Shown: in pieces, positions 9,498 through 20,455 of the stretch
Position numbering within the stretch: position 1 is the stretch's first letter
Layout of the letters: every line of letters begins with the position of its first letter
Assembly (NCBI GenBank): GCA_900546275.1
Contig: URCH01000006.1
Span: 3,513 to 67,512 of the forward strand
Length of the DNA: 64,000 bases
Reading direction: 5' to 3'
Origin: an uncultured Mycoplasmatota bacterium
GTDB taxonomy: Bacteria; Bacillota_I; Bacilli_A; RF39; UBA660
Position numbers and translations under genes: made by a program
Notes under the pieces: generated by a model
What the model was told of the DNA's origin: nothing
Database searches by the model: none
The model's input: only the letters and a program-made list of their open reading frames with translations

Positions 9498-9815
9498 TTA
9501 TTTAATGTGTTCTAATATATTTTCTAACTCATTTATACTAATATTAGTATATTTTTCAACTAATTGTTCATAATATTCATTAGCATCATTTATATTATTA
9601 AAAAATGATCCATCAATATTTTCATATCTTGCATTATTATTTAAATTCAAACATTCAACACTTATATGATAATTTTCATTATTATTAACATTTGAATTCA
9701 TTTCTAATACTACAATTTCAAAACTGTCTTTTAATATTTTTTTTGTTTTTGTAGAAATCTCTACGGGTACTGCTTCATTTTTCATACTACTTACTACTTC
9801 CTTGTTTTTTGTCAT
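9498..9815 (-). CDS. Hypothetical protein (105 aa)
   Basis: ORF track; N-rich, no recognisable motif. Confidence 0.35.
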   Translation of the reverse strand: MTKNKEVVSSMKNEAVPVEISTKTKKILKDSFEIVVLEMNSNVNNNENYHISVECLNLNNNARYENIDGSFFNNINDANEYYEQLVEKYTNISINELENILEHIK

Positions 9816-9849
9816 TAATATTATATACCATTTTGCCTTTTCTAAACAA

Positions 9850-10110
9850 CTAAATCTGACATTTTTTTGAATATATTTTTTTTATTTGACTAAAAAGCAT
9901 ATAAATAATAGAACATTCTATTATAGTCAATACTACAACAACATCAATTCCAAATCCAGGACTAGTTATTGCTAATGCTAAATCAAAAGGTATTTGAACT
10001 AATTCACAAAAATCTTTTGCTAAAAAATAATTACCATATATCATGAATCCAATTACATTGAATCCTATTAAAATCATTGATAATTCTTTTTTGTCTACAT
10101 CATAAAACAT
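9850..10110 (-). CDS. Small membrane protein (86 aa)
   Basis: ORF track; two to three TM helices; divergent from XRE regulator. Confidence 0.35.
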   Translation of the reverse strand: MFYDVDKKELSMILIGFNVIGFMIYGNYFLAKDFCELVQIPFDLALAITSPGFGIDVVVVLTIIECSIIYMLFSQIKKIYSKKCQI

Positions 10111-10194
10111 TTTTTCCTCCTCACAATTTAAAGACAGATAACATACTAATAATACATTCTTTTTTTAATTTTGATAAGCATTTTCCTTAAACAC

Positions 10195-10228
10195 TTGTAC
10201 AAAAGACATTTCTTTAACACTTGTATAA
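10195..10228. promoter_or_regulatory. Two operator-like palindromes in divergent promoter region
   Basis: ACACTTGTACAA (perfect palindrome TTGTACAA) at 10191-10202 and ACACTTGTATAA at 10217-10228; GGAGG RBS at 10246-10250 precedes the GTG start of the XRE gene. Confidence 0.35.
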
Positions 10229-10259
10229 AATAGTTTGTGAAGATTGGAGGTAGTATATA

Positions 10260-10538
10260 GTGATTTTATCTAGTAAAAAAATTTTATCTATAAATTTAAA
10301 ATATTACAGACAATGTTTTAATTTATCTCAAGAAAAATTTGCAGAAAAAATCGGTTCAAATTTAGTTTATATAAATCAATTAGAAAATTGTAAAAGAAAA
10401 CCAACTACAGATATGTTAGATAAACTTGCTAATGGAATTAACAAATTAGATAAGTCATTAAACATAACTGCGTCTGATTTACTAAAATATGATCCTAGTC
10501 ATAAAACAGATTTTACAAGAATAGACGAAAAAAAGTAA
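10260..10538 (+). CDS. XRE-family HTH transcriptional regulator
   Basis: LSQEKFAEKIGSNLVYINQLENCKRKPTTDMLDKLANG = Cro/C1-type HTH; 92 aa, GTG start. Confidence 0.7.
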   Translation: MILSSKKILSINLKYYRQCFNLSQEKFAEKIGSNLVYINQLENCKRKPTTDMLDKLANGINKLDKSLNITASDLLKYDPSHKTDFTRIDEKK

Positions 10539-10574
10539 TCTTTAATTAGACTACTTCTTTTATTTTTATTTGTA

Positions 10575-11258
10575 TTAATCATCATTTCTACCAAATAAAA
10601 ATATTAATCTTATAATTTCAATAACAGTACTTGCAACACTTGCTACATATGTAGATGCTGCTGCACTTAGCATTACTTTTCCTCCTATTAATTCATGATT
10701 TGTCAAATAGTTAGAATTTTCAAGTTCTTTTAAACCTTTTCTGCTGGCGTTTATTTCAACTGGTAAAGTTACTAATTGAAATAAAAGGATAACTATTTCT
10801 GCAATAATTCCTATCCAAATTAAATTCAAAGAACCAAATAAACAACCAAGTAACATTGCAACATAGCCAGCATATGAAGAAAAATTAACTACTGGAACTA
10901 ATAAAGATCTTATTTTAAAAAACGAATATTTTTCTTTGTCTTGAATGGCATGACCACATTCGTGGCAAGCAACAGCAACACTTGCTATAGAAGATTCTCT
11001 ATAATTATTTTTTGATAATCTAATAACTTTATTTTTTGGATCGTAGTGATCTGATAAGTAACCTCCTGTTTCAACGACATCAATATCAAATAATCCATGT
11101 TTATCCAATATATGTCTAGCAACCTCTTTACCTGTTAATTCTTTCTCATTTTTTATTTTGGAATACTTACTATATGAACCCGAAACAAATGCTTGTGCCA
11201 ATAATGTAATAATAAGTGCAATAAATGTCAGTCCATAAGATATAAATATATAATTCAT
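10575..11258 (-). CDS. Putative neutral zinc metallopeptidase (YpfJ/COG2738-like membrane protein)
   Basis: HECGHAIQ (HExxH) motif, N- and C-terminal TM helices, 227 aa. Confidence 0.7.
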   Translation of the reverse strand: MNYIFISYGLTFIALIITLLAQAFVSGSYSKYSKIKNEKELTGKEVARHILDKHGLFDIDVVETGGYLSDHYDPKNKVIRLSKNNYRESSIASVAVACHECGHAIQDKEKYSFFKIRSLLVPVVNFSSYAGYVAMLLGCLFGSLNLIWIGIIAEIVILLFQLVTLPVEINASRKGLKELENSNYLTNHELIGGKVMLSAAASTYVASVASTVIEIIRLIFLFGRNDD

Positions 11259-11263
11259 GTTAT

Positions 11264-11485
11264 CTATGCTAATACCTCAATAAATTTCTTTATTTCTCTT
11301 TCATTTAATACTTTTCCTTGACTTATTAGTTTATCATTTATAATCAGTGCTGGTGTATTTGTGATATTATATTTATTATCTTTTTCTAATAATTGTATAT
11401 TTATTTTATTATCAGTTGCTTTTTTTATATTCTTTATTAATTTTAATCTATTGCTAGAATTTGTTCCAATTACCTTTATTTCCAT
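11264..11485 (-). CDS. Thioredoxin-like small protein lacking the CxxC pair
   Basis: MEIKVIGTNSSNRLKL... matches the ~75-aa thioredoxin-family architecture (MKIxVLGTGCxNCxxL) but has S/N in place of both cysteines. Confidence 0.45.
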   Translation of the reverse strand: MEIKVIGTNSSNRLKLIKNIKKATDNKINIQLLEKDNKYNITNTPALIINDKLISQGKVLNEREIKKFIEVLA

Positions 11486-11522
11486 AATCTTTTCTCCTTA
11501 GCATTTATTTTTTTAAATAATT

Positions 11523-11912
11523 TTAATTTATTTCAATAAATTTCTTATTACTATCATTTTCTTCTTTCTTAGGAAGATTCAAATATAAAATACCATTTTC
11601 AAATGAAGCATTTATATTATCTTCATCAATATCTTCACCTATGTTAAAACTTCTTTTAATTTCTCCGGTAAATCTTTCTTTTCTAATATATTTTTTATTT
11701 TCTTCATCAGATGATTTAGAAATACTTACTGAAATATTAATAAGATTTTTATTCATTTCAATTTTAATATCTTCCTTTTTTACACCAGGTAAATCAATTT
11801 GCAATTCATATCCATTTTCTTTTTCAATAATATCTGTATTCATTATAGAAGTTTTTCTATAGTCTTCCAATAATGAATCATCTAAAAAATTAAATCTACT
11901 TGGTACATACAT
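11523..11912 (-). CDS. Hsp20/alpha-crystallin family small heat-shock protein
   Basis: ELQIDLPGVKKEDIKIEM ... GILYLNLPKKE alpha-crystallin domain signature; 129 aa. Confidence 0.8.
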   Translation of the reverse strand: MYVPSRFNFLDDSLLEDYRKTSIMNTDIIEKENGYELQIDLPGVKKEDIKIEMNKNLINISVSISKSSDEENKKYIRKERFTGEIKRSFNIGEDIDEDNINASFENGILYLNLPKKEENDSNKKFIEIN

Positions 11913-11929
11913 AATTATTCATCCTTTCT

Positions 11930-13811
<1,882 letters not shown>

Positions 13812-13832
13812 TATAATTCCTTCTTTCTTTTT

Positions 13833-13907
13833 TTGTTCAATTTTGAACTAATAATCATTTTTTAAGAACATGTTAATGTTCTTATTTATTTGTTCAATTT
13901 TGAACTA
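13833..13907. promoter_or_regulatory. Structured groESL leader: two copies of TTGTTCAATTTTGAACTA flanking a palindrome
   Basis: Copies at 13833-13850 and 13890-13907, each an inverted repeat GTTCAA-tt-TTGAAC. They flank the perfect palindrome AAGAACAT-gtta-ATGTTCTT at 13864-13883. Confidence 0.5.
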
Positions 13908-13960
13908 TCACTTAAAAATTATAGTCTTTTTTCAAGACCTATTTTTTTAAGTACAATTAA

Positions 13961-13989
13961 TTTATACCACAATAAATTAGCAATGTCAA
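13961..13989 (-). promoter_or_regulatory. SigA-type promoter of groESL (TTGACA-N17-TATAAA)
   Basis: Minus-strand read: -35 TTGACA (fwd 13984-13989), 17-nt spacer, -10 TATAAA (fwd 13961-13966); overlaps CIRCE. Confidence 0.6.
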
Positions 13990-14003
13990 TAGTTGAGTGC
14001 TAA
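13977..14003. promoter_or_regulatory. CIRCE element (HrcA operator)
   Basis: Minus strand reads TTAGCACTC-AACTATTGA-CATTGCTAA vs consensus TTAGCACTC-N9-GAGTGCTAA (perfect left arm, 6/9 right arm); overlaps marR stop codon. Confidence 0.8.
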
Positions 14004-14443
14004 CTTTTTGAAATTTCCTCTTCTATTAATAATTTTAGACAATTTTTTTGCATCTGTTCTAAAACACTTTCAAAAATTTTGATATTCTCTTTAGATATTC
14101 CTTTTGTTAAGGAATCAGTAATCAATTTTTCTCTTTGCCTTAAATCATTTAATATATAATCAGCATTTTTGTTTATAAATAATCTTATTACTTTTCTATC
14201 ATATTCATCTTGTATCCTAATTATAATATTATCTTTTGTTAACGAATCAATTGATTTAGATATATGTGATTTTGTTGTCATTAAATCATCAACTATTTCT
14301 TTTGCTGTATTTTTCATTTGATGTTTGTCTAAGTAAAGTAATAACATAATTTCATTCATAGTTAATCCATATTTTTTTCTTAAATCATCATATGAATTAT
14401 CATACATTTTTTTTATAATTAGTGCTTGTACTGGTATCTTCAT
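14000..14443 (-). CDS. MarR-family transcriptional regulator
   Basis: 147 aa; winged-helix pattern (LTMNEIMLLLYLDKHQMKNTAKEIVDDLMTTKSHISKSIDSLTKDNII). Confidence 0.65.
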   Translation of the reverse strand: MKIPVQALIIKKMYDNSYDDLRKKYGLTMNEIMLLLYLDKHQMKNTAKEIVDDLMTTKSHISKSIDSLTKDNIIIRIQDEYDRKVIRLFINKNADYILNDLRQREKLITDSLTKGISKENIKIFESVLEQMQKNCLKLLIEEEISKS

Positions 14444-14517
14444 ATTGATTCCTCCCTATGACATTATAACATAAATTTTAATCATATTTTCTCAATATTT
14501 AAAATTAATATATTTTA

Positions 14518-14900
14518 GCTCGTCACTCCTATTAACCTTATGCGTGCAACTCCTAATGCTTGAATTGTTATATTAAGAAAACCAACTCCAAAAGAAAAAC
14601 ACCAAAAATGGTGTTTATATGCTTAGCTCATTTTTAAAATATTTTAGATATAGAATCTCGCAAAGTACCTTAATATATAGGGTTTCTCGCCTAATGCGAC
14701 CTGTCCTCTTCTAATTATTTCTAGTACTGAGTTTGAGGAGTAACCCGACCTCTAGCAATAGCAATTGCTTTAATAGCTTGATTAAGTGCTCCCGCTCCTA
14801 TAGCCTGAATTTCTACAGTCCCTTTTTCACGAAATACGTTTGCAAGTGCTCCAGCAACTGAATTTGGATTTGATTTAGTTGAAACTTTAAGTGTTTCCAT
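14518..14900 (-). pseudogene. spoVS: spoVS-like gene disrupted: intact 59-codon 5' part (14724..14900) plus degenerate 3' remnant (14518..14583) separated by ~140 nt
   Basis: Manual translation METLKVSTKSNPNSVAGALANVFREKGTVEIQAIGAGALNQAIKAIAIARGRVTPQTQY* matches SpoVS residues 1-55 then diverges and stops. Downstream in the same orientation FLNITIQALGVARIRLIGVTS* resembles the SpoVS C-terminus (FTDIQIDG...AIKLIVEPR). Confidence 0.55.
14596..14618 (-). terminator. Rho-independent terminator (minus strand)
   Basis: AAACACC-attttt-GGTGTTT perfect 7-bp stem followed on minus strand by TTTCTTTTGG. Confidence 0.55.
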
Positions 14901-14974
14901 GATAATTGATTCCTCTCTTTCTATAGTTAAATATATGAACTAGTTTTAAAAATTTTACTAAGAAAGAGAAAAAT

Positions 14975-17008
14975 TTATTTTTTTAATATTCTCGTCGTAT
15001 TTAAAATTGTAAGTAAAGTTACTCCAGTATCTGCAAATACTGCTTGCCACATTGTTGCAATTCCAATTGTACTTAATATTAATACTATTACTTTTACAGA
15101 AATAGCAAAAATTAAATTTTGTTTGATTATTTTATTAGTTTTTTTAGATATTTTTATTCCATCAACTATTTTTGAAAGTTCGTCTGTCATAATAACAACA
15201 TCTGAGGCCTCTATTGCGGAAGCACTTCCAATACCACCCATTGATATACCAATATTGGATAATGCAAGTGATGGTGCATCATTTATACCATCTCCAACAA
15301 ATGCAACTGTTTTTCCTGTTTTTATATTTTCTTGCAATAAATTATATTTATCATCTGGTAAAAGTTCATAATAAACATCATTAATTCCAACTTTTTTAGA
15401 AATTATAGTTGCAATTTCCTTATTATCGCCTGTAAACATTTTTGTATTTATTTTCATTTTATCTAATTGTTCTATTGTTTTTTTAGCATCTTTTTTTATT
15501 CCATCTAACAATTGTAATCTAGCTATTATTTTATTATTTAATGATAAATATATGTAATTATCTTTTTTATTTTCTCCACAAAAAGAAGAAGACCCTATTT
15601 TTATATCATCATTATTAAGTTTATACATTATTCCTTTACCTGAAACTTCTTCAAAATCTTTTACATAATTATTATTAGTTTTTATATCAAATATTTTAAT
15701 TATTGATTTAGCTATTGGATGGTTTGATAATTTTTCACCTTTGACATAAAATTCTATTATTTGTTTTTTAGTATAATTTTTATCTATTATTTCAAGTTCA
15801 TAATTACTAAATTCACCTGTTGTTATTGTTCCTGTCTTATCGAATATTATTGTATTTATCTTTGATAATGCATCTAAGTAATCACTACCTTTTATTAGTA
15901 TTCCCTCCTTTGAAGCTTTTCCAATGCCTGAAAAATAACTAAGTGGTACTGAAATAGCTATTGCACAAGGACATGAAACTACTAAAAATATTAATGATCT
16001 ATATATGGCATCTAATATATTAAATTTAAATATAAATATTAACACAATTGATGTAATAATAGCTAGTATTAAAATCGTTGGGGTATAAATTTTCGAAAAA
16101 GTTGATACAAATGATTCTGTTTTAGCTTTTCTATCTGTTGCTTTTTCTACTAAATCAAGTATTCTTGATACTGTACTATTATCGTATGTATTTGTAACTT
16201 TAATTTCTAATAAGCCTTTAATATTTATTGAGCCTGATAAAACATTATCATTTTCTTTAACACTTCTTAATTTGCTTTCTCCTGTAAGAGCTGCAGTATT
16301 TAATTTTGCCTCTCCCTTAATAACTATTCCATCAAGTGCGATTTTTTCTCCTTGTTTTATTACTATAATATCACCAATTTTTACTTCTTCAGGATTTACT
16401 TTTAATACATCATTTCCATTTTTTAGATTTGCATATTCTGGTTTTATATCCATCAAATTTCCAATTGATTTTCTTGAATTATTAACGGCGATTTCTTCAA
16501 GTATTTTACCTATTTCATATAATAATATAACCATTAATCCTTCATGTACATTATTTGTAAAATATGCCCCTATACATGATATTGTTACTAAGAAATTTTC
16601 GTTTATTGTTTTTGATTTATATAGTAATTTAATGGAATTTGAAATTGTTCTAAATAATAATATAAAATATCCTAAAATTATAAAGATTTTTGAAATTTCA
16701 TTTTTAAAAACAAGCATTCCAAGGATAGATAGTATTGTTCCAATTATTAATCTTATTACATCAAAAATTACTTTGTTCTTTTTTTCTGTTTCAGCTAGTT
16801 CTAATACTTTTATATTAGGTTCTAATGATTTTACAATAGATGAAACTGTTTTTTTCACATCTTTTTCTATAGACGTTTCTACTGTAAGTATAAGATTTGA
16901 AAAGTTAACTGTTGCTTTTTCTATTCTAGGATCTTTATTTAATTTTGCTTCTATTTTATTTGCACAATTTGCGCAATCTAAATTATTCAATTTATATTTA
17001 TATCTCAT
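14975..17008 (-). CDS. cadA: Heavy-metal (Cd/Zn) translocating P1B-type ATPase
   Basis: N-terminal HMA (CANCANK), CPC in TM6, DKTGTIT, VGDGINDAP; 677 aa. Confidence 0.9.
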   Translation of the reverse strand: MRYKYKLNNLDCANCANKIEAKLNKDPRIEKATVNFSNLILTVETSIEKDVKKTVSSIVKSLEPNIKVLELAETEKKNKVIFDVIRLIIGTILSILGMLVFKNEISKIFIILGYFILLFRTISNSIKLLYKSKTINENFLVTISCIGAYFTNNVHEGLMVILLYEIGKILEEIAVNNSRKSIGNLMDIKPEYANLKNGNDVLKVNPEEVKIGDIIVIKQGEKIALDGIVIKGEAKLNTAALTGESKLRSVKENDNVLSGSINIKGLLEIKVTNTYDNSTVSRILDLVEKATDRKAKTESFVSTFSKIYTPTILILAIITSIVLIFIFKFNILDAIYRSLIFLVVSCPCAIAISVPLSYFSGIGKASKEGILIKGSDYLDALSKINTIIFDKTGTITTGEFSNYELEIIDKNYTKKQIIEFYVKGEKLSNHPIAKSIIKIFDIKTNNNYVKDFEEVSGKGIMYKLNNDDIKIGSSSFCGENKKDNYIYLSLNNKIIARLQLLDGIKKDAKKTIEQLDKMKINTKMFTGDNKEIATIISKKVGINDVYYELLPDDKYNLLQENIKTGKTVAFVGDGINDAPSLALSNIGISMGGIGSASAIEASDVVIMTDELSKIVDGIKISKKTNKIIKQNLIFAISVKVIVLILSTIGIATMWQAVFADTGVTLLTILNTTRILKK

Positions 17009-17303
17009 TTATATGTTCACATCCTATCTTAAATATTTTTTCTACATGATCATCAGCTAGTGAATAAAAAATTGAGTTTCCTTCTTTTCTATATTTAACC
17101 AATTTTGAACTTTTTAAAATTCTTAATTGATGAGAAATTGCTGACTGACTTACATTTGTTTTTTCTGATATTTGATTTACACATAGTTCATTATCTATAA
17201 GAATATTTATTATTTTTATTCTAGTTGAATCACCAAATATTTTATATAATTCAGCCAAATCTATTATTTTATCTTCATCAAGTAACTTCATATTAACCTC
17301 CAT
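16998..17303 (-). CDS. cadC: ArsR/SmtB-family metalloregulator (CadC-like)
   Basis: ELCVNQISEKTNVSQSAISHQLRILK HTH; overlaps cadA start by 11 nt. Confidence 0.8.
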   Translation of the reverse strand: MEVNMKLLDEDKIIDLAELYKIFGDSTRIKIINILIDNELCVNQISEKTNVSQSAISHQLRILKSSKLVKYRKEGNSIFYSLADDHVEKIFKIGCEHINEI

Positions 17304-17463
17304 TATATGAATAGTTGTTCATATATTAATATTATATGTTTTTATGATTTTTATGTCAAGAAAAAAATTATTTCCATCATTATATAAACATAAGTTAGTT
17401 TTATAATATAAAAAACTCGCTTCTTATGTTCAAGAAACGAGATTCATATCAAATTTACATTAT

Positions 17464-18198
17464 TTATTTTTTCAAAACTTTCAAATAGTTTTTTTTATAT
17501 AATTCATTAATTTCATTTAAGTCATTTCGTCTATTTGAAAAACTAAACTTATCAAACGAACATATTATACTTGGTGTGTAATATGTTTTTAAAGTTGTAG
17601 GATAAAAAGCATTATTATATATATTTAATAGACCTGTTTTTAATTTAACACATGGCACGATGTAATATGAATCTATTTTGTATGAACGAGATAGCAATGC
17701 ATTATCATCTAATTGGCTTAAGGTATTCGCATAACAGTATGACCTTTTATTTATTTGTGTTGATGCAGTATTATAATTAACAAATTTATCTATTACTGTT
17801 ATTTTTGTAGTAATTACGTTACAAAAGTACGCATCATATAGTTTAAAATGCATAGTGCTTGGATCTAACATAGGTACTTCATTTGAACTAAAGATTAATT
17901 TAAATAAATTTAATATATCATTTATATCTCCATATTTTATGATGCTATAATCTTTAAACGAAATAAAATATTTAAATGGTGTTATATCCTTCACATAACT
18001 ATAACCACACTCTGTATAACTATTTCCATTTTCTAGACATATATATGAGTTTCCAACTTTTTTAAATAATGAAAATAAATGTTTGTAAGATTTTTTTCTT
18101 TTATCTTTTTCATAGAAACCTACATTTATCATATCATTATTATAATTATCATCATGTATAAATAAATCTGCTACATATAAATCATCAAGTTCAAACAT
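17464..18198 (-). CDS. Hypothetical protein (244 aa), N/Y/K-rich
   Basis: ORF track only; no motif recognised. Confidence 0.3.
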   Translation of the reverse strand: MFELDDLYVADLFIHDDNYNNDMINVGFYEKDKRKKSYKHLFSLFKKVGNSYICLENGNSYTECGYSYVKDITPFKYFISFKDYSIIKYGDINDILNLFKLIFSSNEVPMLDPSTMHFKLYDAYFCNVITTKITVIDKFVNYNTASTQINKRSYCYANTLSQLDDNALLSRSYKIDSYYIVPCVKLKTGLLNIYNNAFYPTTLKTYYTPSIICSFDKFSFSNRRNDLNEINELYKKNYLKVLKK

Positions 18199-18213
18199 AA
18201 TTTATCACCTACT

Positions 18214-19542
18214 CTAATTTTTGATTGCTTTAAACATTTTTTTCCATAAATTCTTTGAGGAATAATTTAATATTCCAACTTTATATATTTTTAAACCATA
18301 TTTTATTAGTAAAAATATAAAACCAAGAGTTAGTAAAATTGATATAATCACTTCTATTATTCCTATTTGGCCTAACATTAATAATGATGGTGAAAGAATT
18401 GCAGATATAAGTGGAACAAAAGATAAAACTTTTATAAATAATGCTCCTTCAAATACTCCAGACATCATTGCAAGGCAATATCCTACTAATGAAATTATTA
18501 TTATAGGAGTTTGCAATTGTTGAAAATCTTCTATATTGGTTGTCATTGAAGCTAATATTCCGGCTAATAGAGAATACGCTACAAATGTTATAAGCATAAG
18601 TACAAGTGTTAATGGAATAATATATATTAATTTTGAAATAACATTTGAACCTATCAAATTTGTTATTATATTTGTTACTTCATTACCTATTCCACTTGTT
18701 ATACTTGAACCACCAATCTTATTTCTTATAAAAAGTGCAAGTGCTCCATATATTAATAATAATGAACCTTGAATTAAAACAAATAAATTTCCAGCTATAA
18801 CTTTTGAAAAGAAATGTGTTGTTGGTGAAACATTTGATATTATAATTTCCATGCCTCTTGTTGTTTTTTCATCATTTACCTCAGCACCAATCATTTGTAC
18901 TAAGAATATTGTTAATAAGAAGAATGGCAAAATAACTATTGGGAATACAGTAGTCATTATTATAGACATATTTTCATCTGTACTATTTTTCTTTTCATCT
19001 AACCATTGTCTATTAATTTCTATTGTTTTATATATATTATTAAGTTCTCCTTCTGATATGGAGGAATTTTTAATAGCAAGTGCTATTTTTGTATTATTAA
19101 TTGCATTTGTAATTACTTGACTATCTATTAAATCCATATATTCTTTTGTTATCATAGTTACATCAATTGTATTTTGTTCTGATGAATCTATTTTTAATAT
19201 TATATTGTTTTTTTCTTTTTCATCTTTGTCTAATTTTTCTTTTAAATTATCTATTGATTCATCTGATAGGACAAGTTCATATGTTGAATTTTCACCAAGA
19301 GATGTTTCTGCTTGGGATATTTGTGTTTTTAATATTTCATATGAATTTGCATTATCTAAAACATATACTTTATTTTTTTCTGTAAATTCTCCACCAAACA
19401 GTGATATTATACTGTCAATATTTGCAAGACCAATTACAACGATTGCTATTAAAATATTTGCTAGTAGAAACCATTTTGTTTTAATTTTTCTTTTTAAACT
19501 AACTCCTGTTAAATATCCAAGCTTACTTTTCATATGATTCAC
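18214..19542 (-). CDS. ABC-2 family transporter permease (NatB-like)
   Basis: N-terminal TM, large extracytoplasmic loop, 5 C-terminal TM helices; downstream of cognate ATPase. Confidence 0.65.
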   Translation of the reverse strand: MNHMKSKLGYLTGVSLKRKIKTKWFLLANILIAIVVIGLANIDSIISLFGGEFTEKNKVYVLDNANSYEILKTQISQAETSLGENSTYELVLSDESIDNLKEKLDKDEKEKNNIILKIDSSEQNTIDVTMITKEYMDLIDSQVITNAINNTKIALAIKNSSISEGELNNIYKTIEINRQWLDEKKNSTDENMSIIMTTVFPIVILPFFLLTIFLVQMIGAEVNDEKTTRGMEIIISNVSPTTHFFSKVIAGNLFVLIQGSLLLIYGALALFIRNKIGGSSITSGIGNEVTNIITNLIGSNVISKLIYIIPLTLVLMLITFVAYSLLAGILASMTTNIEDFQQLQTPIIIISLVGYCLAMMSGVFEGALFIKVLSFVPLISAILSPSLLMLGQIGIIEVIISILLTLGFIFLLIKYGLKIYKVGILNYSSKNLWKKMFKAIKN

Positions 19543-20455
19543 CTACTTTAGCAACAAATATTTCATTTAATGATGGTTCTTCTAATACAAATTTAGTAAT
19601 TTCTTTATCTTTTATTTTTTTAAATATTAATGGAGCAACTTTCTCATTTTCTATTTTTAATTCAAGTTCATCTGAGTGTTCTATTATTTCATTAACGCCT
19701 TTTATTTTTTCTAATTCTTCTTTTGTAACATTGCCTTTTACAAAAACATTTTTCTTTCTATATTTTTTCTTAATATCTTTTATATTACCGGATAATACAT
19801 TTTTTCCTTTTAAAAGTATTACTATTTTTTTACAAAATAATTCTACATGTTCCATTCTATGTGATGAAAATATAATAATACTTCCTTTTTTAGACATTTC
19901 TACAATTTCATTTTTAAATAATTCAACATTAAATGGATCTAATCCAGAAAATGGTTCATCTAATATAAGTAATTTAGGTTCATTTATAATAGCTGTTATG
20001 AATTGTATTTTTTGTTGATTACCTTTTGATAATTCTTTGATTTTTTTGTTTTCATATTCTGGGACTCCAAACTTTTCAAGTAATGTTTTCATTTTTTTTA
20101 ATATATCTTCTTTTTCCATTCCTTTTAATGTTCCATAATATAAACATTGTTCTTTTACAGTTAATTTAGTCAATAAACTTCTTTCTTCTGTTAAAAATCC
20201 TATTTTATCTGTAACTGAGTAATCTATTTTTTTACCATCTAATGTTATGTTTCCACTGGTTGGTTCTATTAAGTTTAAAATCATTCTGAATGTTGTTGTT
20301 TTTCCAGCTCCATTTACACCTAACAAACCAAATATTTCTCCTTCTTTTACATCAAAGGATAAGTTATCTACTGCAAGAAAATCATCATAGTATTTAGTTA
20401 CGTTTTCTAGTTTTAACACATTATCTACTCCTTTTCTTACCTTCTTCTTCTCCAA
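19523..20455 (-). CDS. ABC transporter ATP-binding protein (NatA-like)
   Basis: Walker A GLLGVNGAGKTT, signature LSKGNQQK, Walker B LLILDEP. Confidence 0.85.
   Translation of the reverse strand: MEKKKVRKGVDNVLKLENVTKYYDDFLAVDNLSFDVKEGEIFGLLGVNGAGKTTTFRMILNLIEPTSGNITLDGKKIDYSVTDKIGFLTEERSLLTKLTVKEQCLYYGTLKGMEKEDILKKMKTLLEKFGVPEYENKKIKELSKGNQQKIQFITAIINEPKLLILDEPFSGLDPFNVELFKNEIVEMSKKGSIIIFSSHRMEHVELFCKKIVILLKGKNVLSGNIKDIKKKYRKKNVFVKGNVTKEELEKIKGVNEIIEHSDELELKIENEKVAPLIFKKIKDKEITKFVLEEPSLNEIFVAKVGESYEK

Noticed and set aside
15123-17060. Plus-strand ORFs of 82 and 262 aa within cadA/cadC
   Set aside because: Antisense to a clearly conserved P-type ATPase. No RBS. Composition is reverse-frame artefact.
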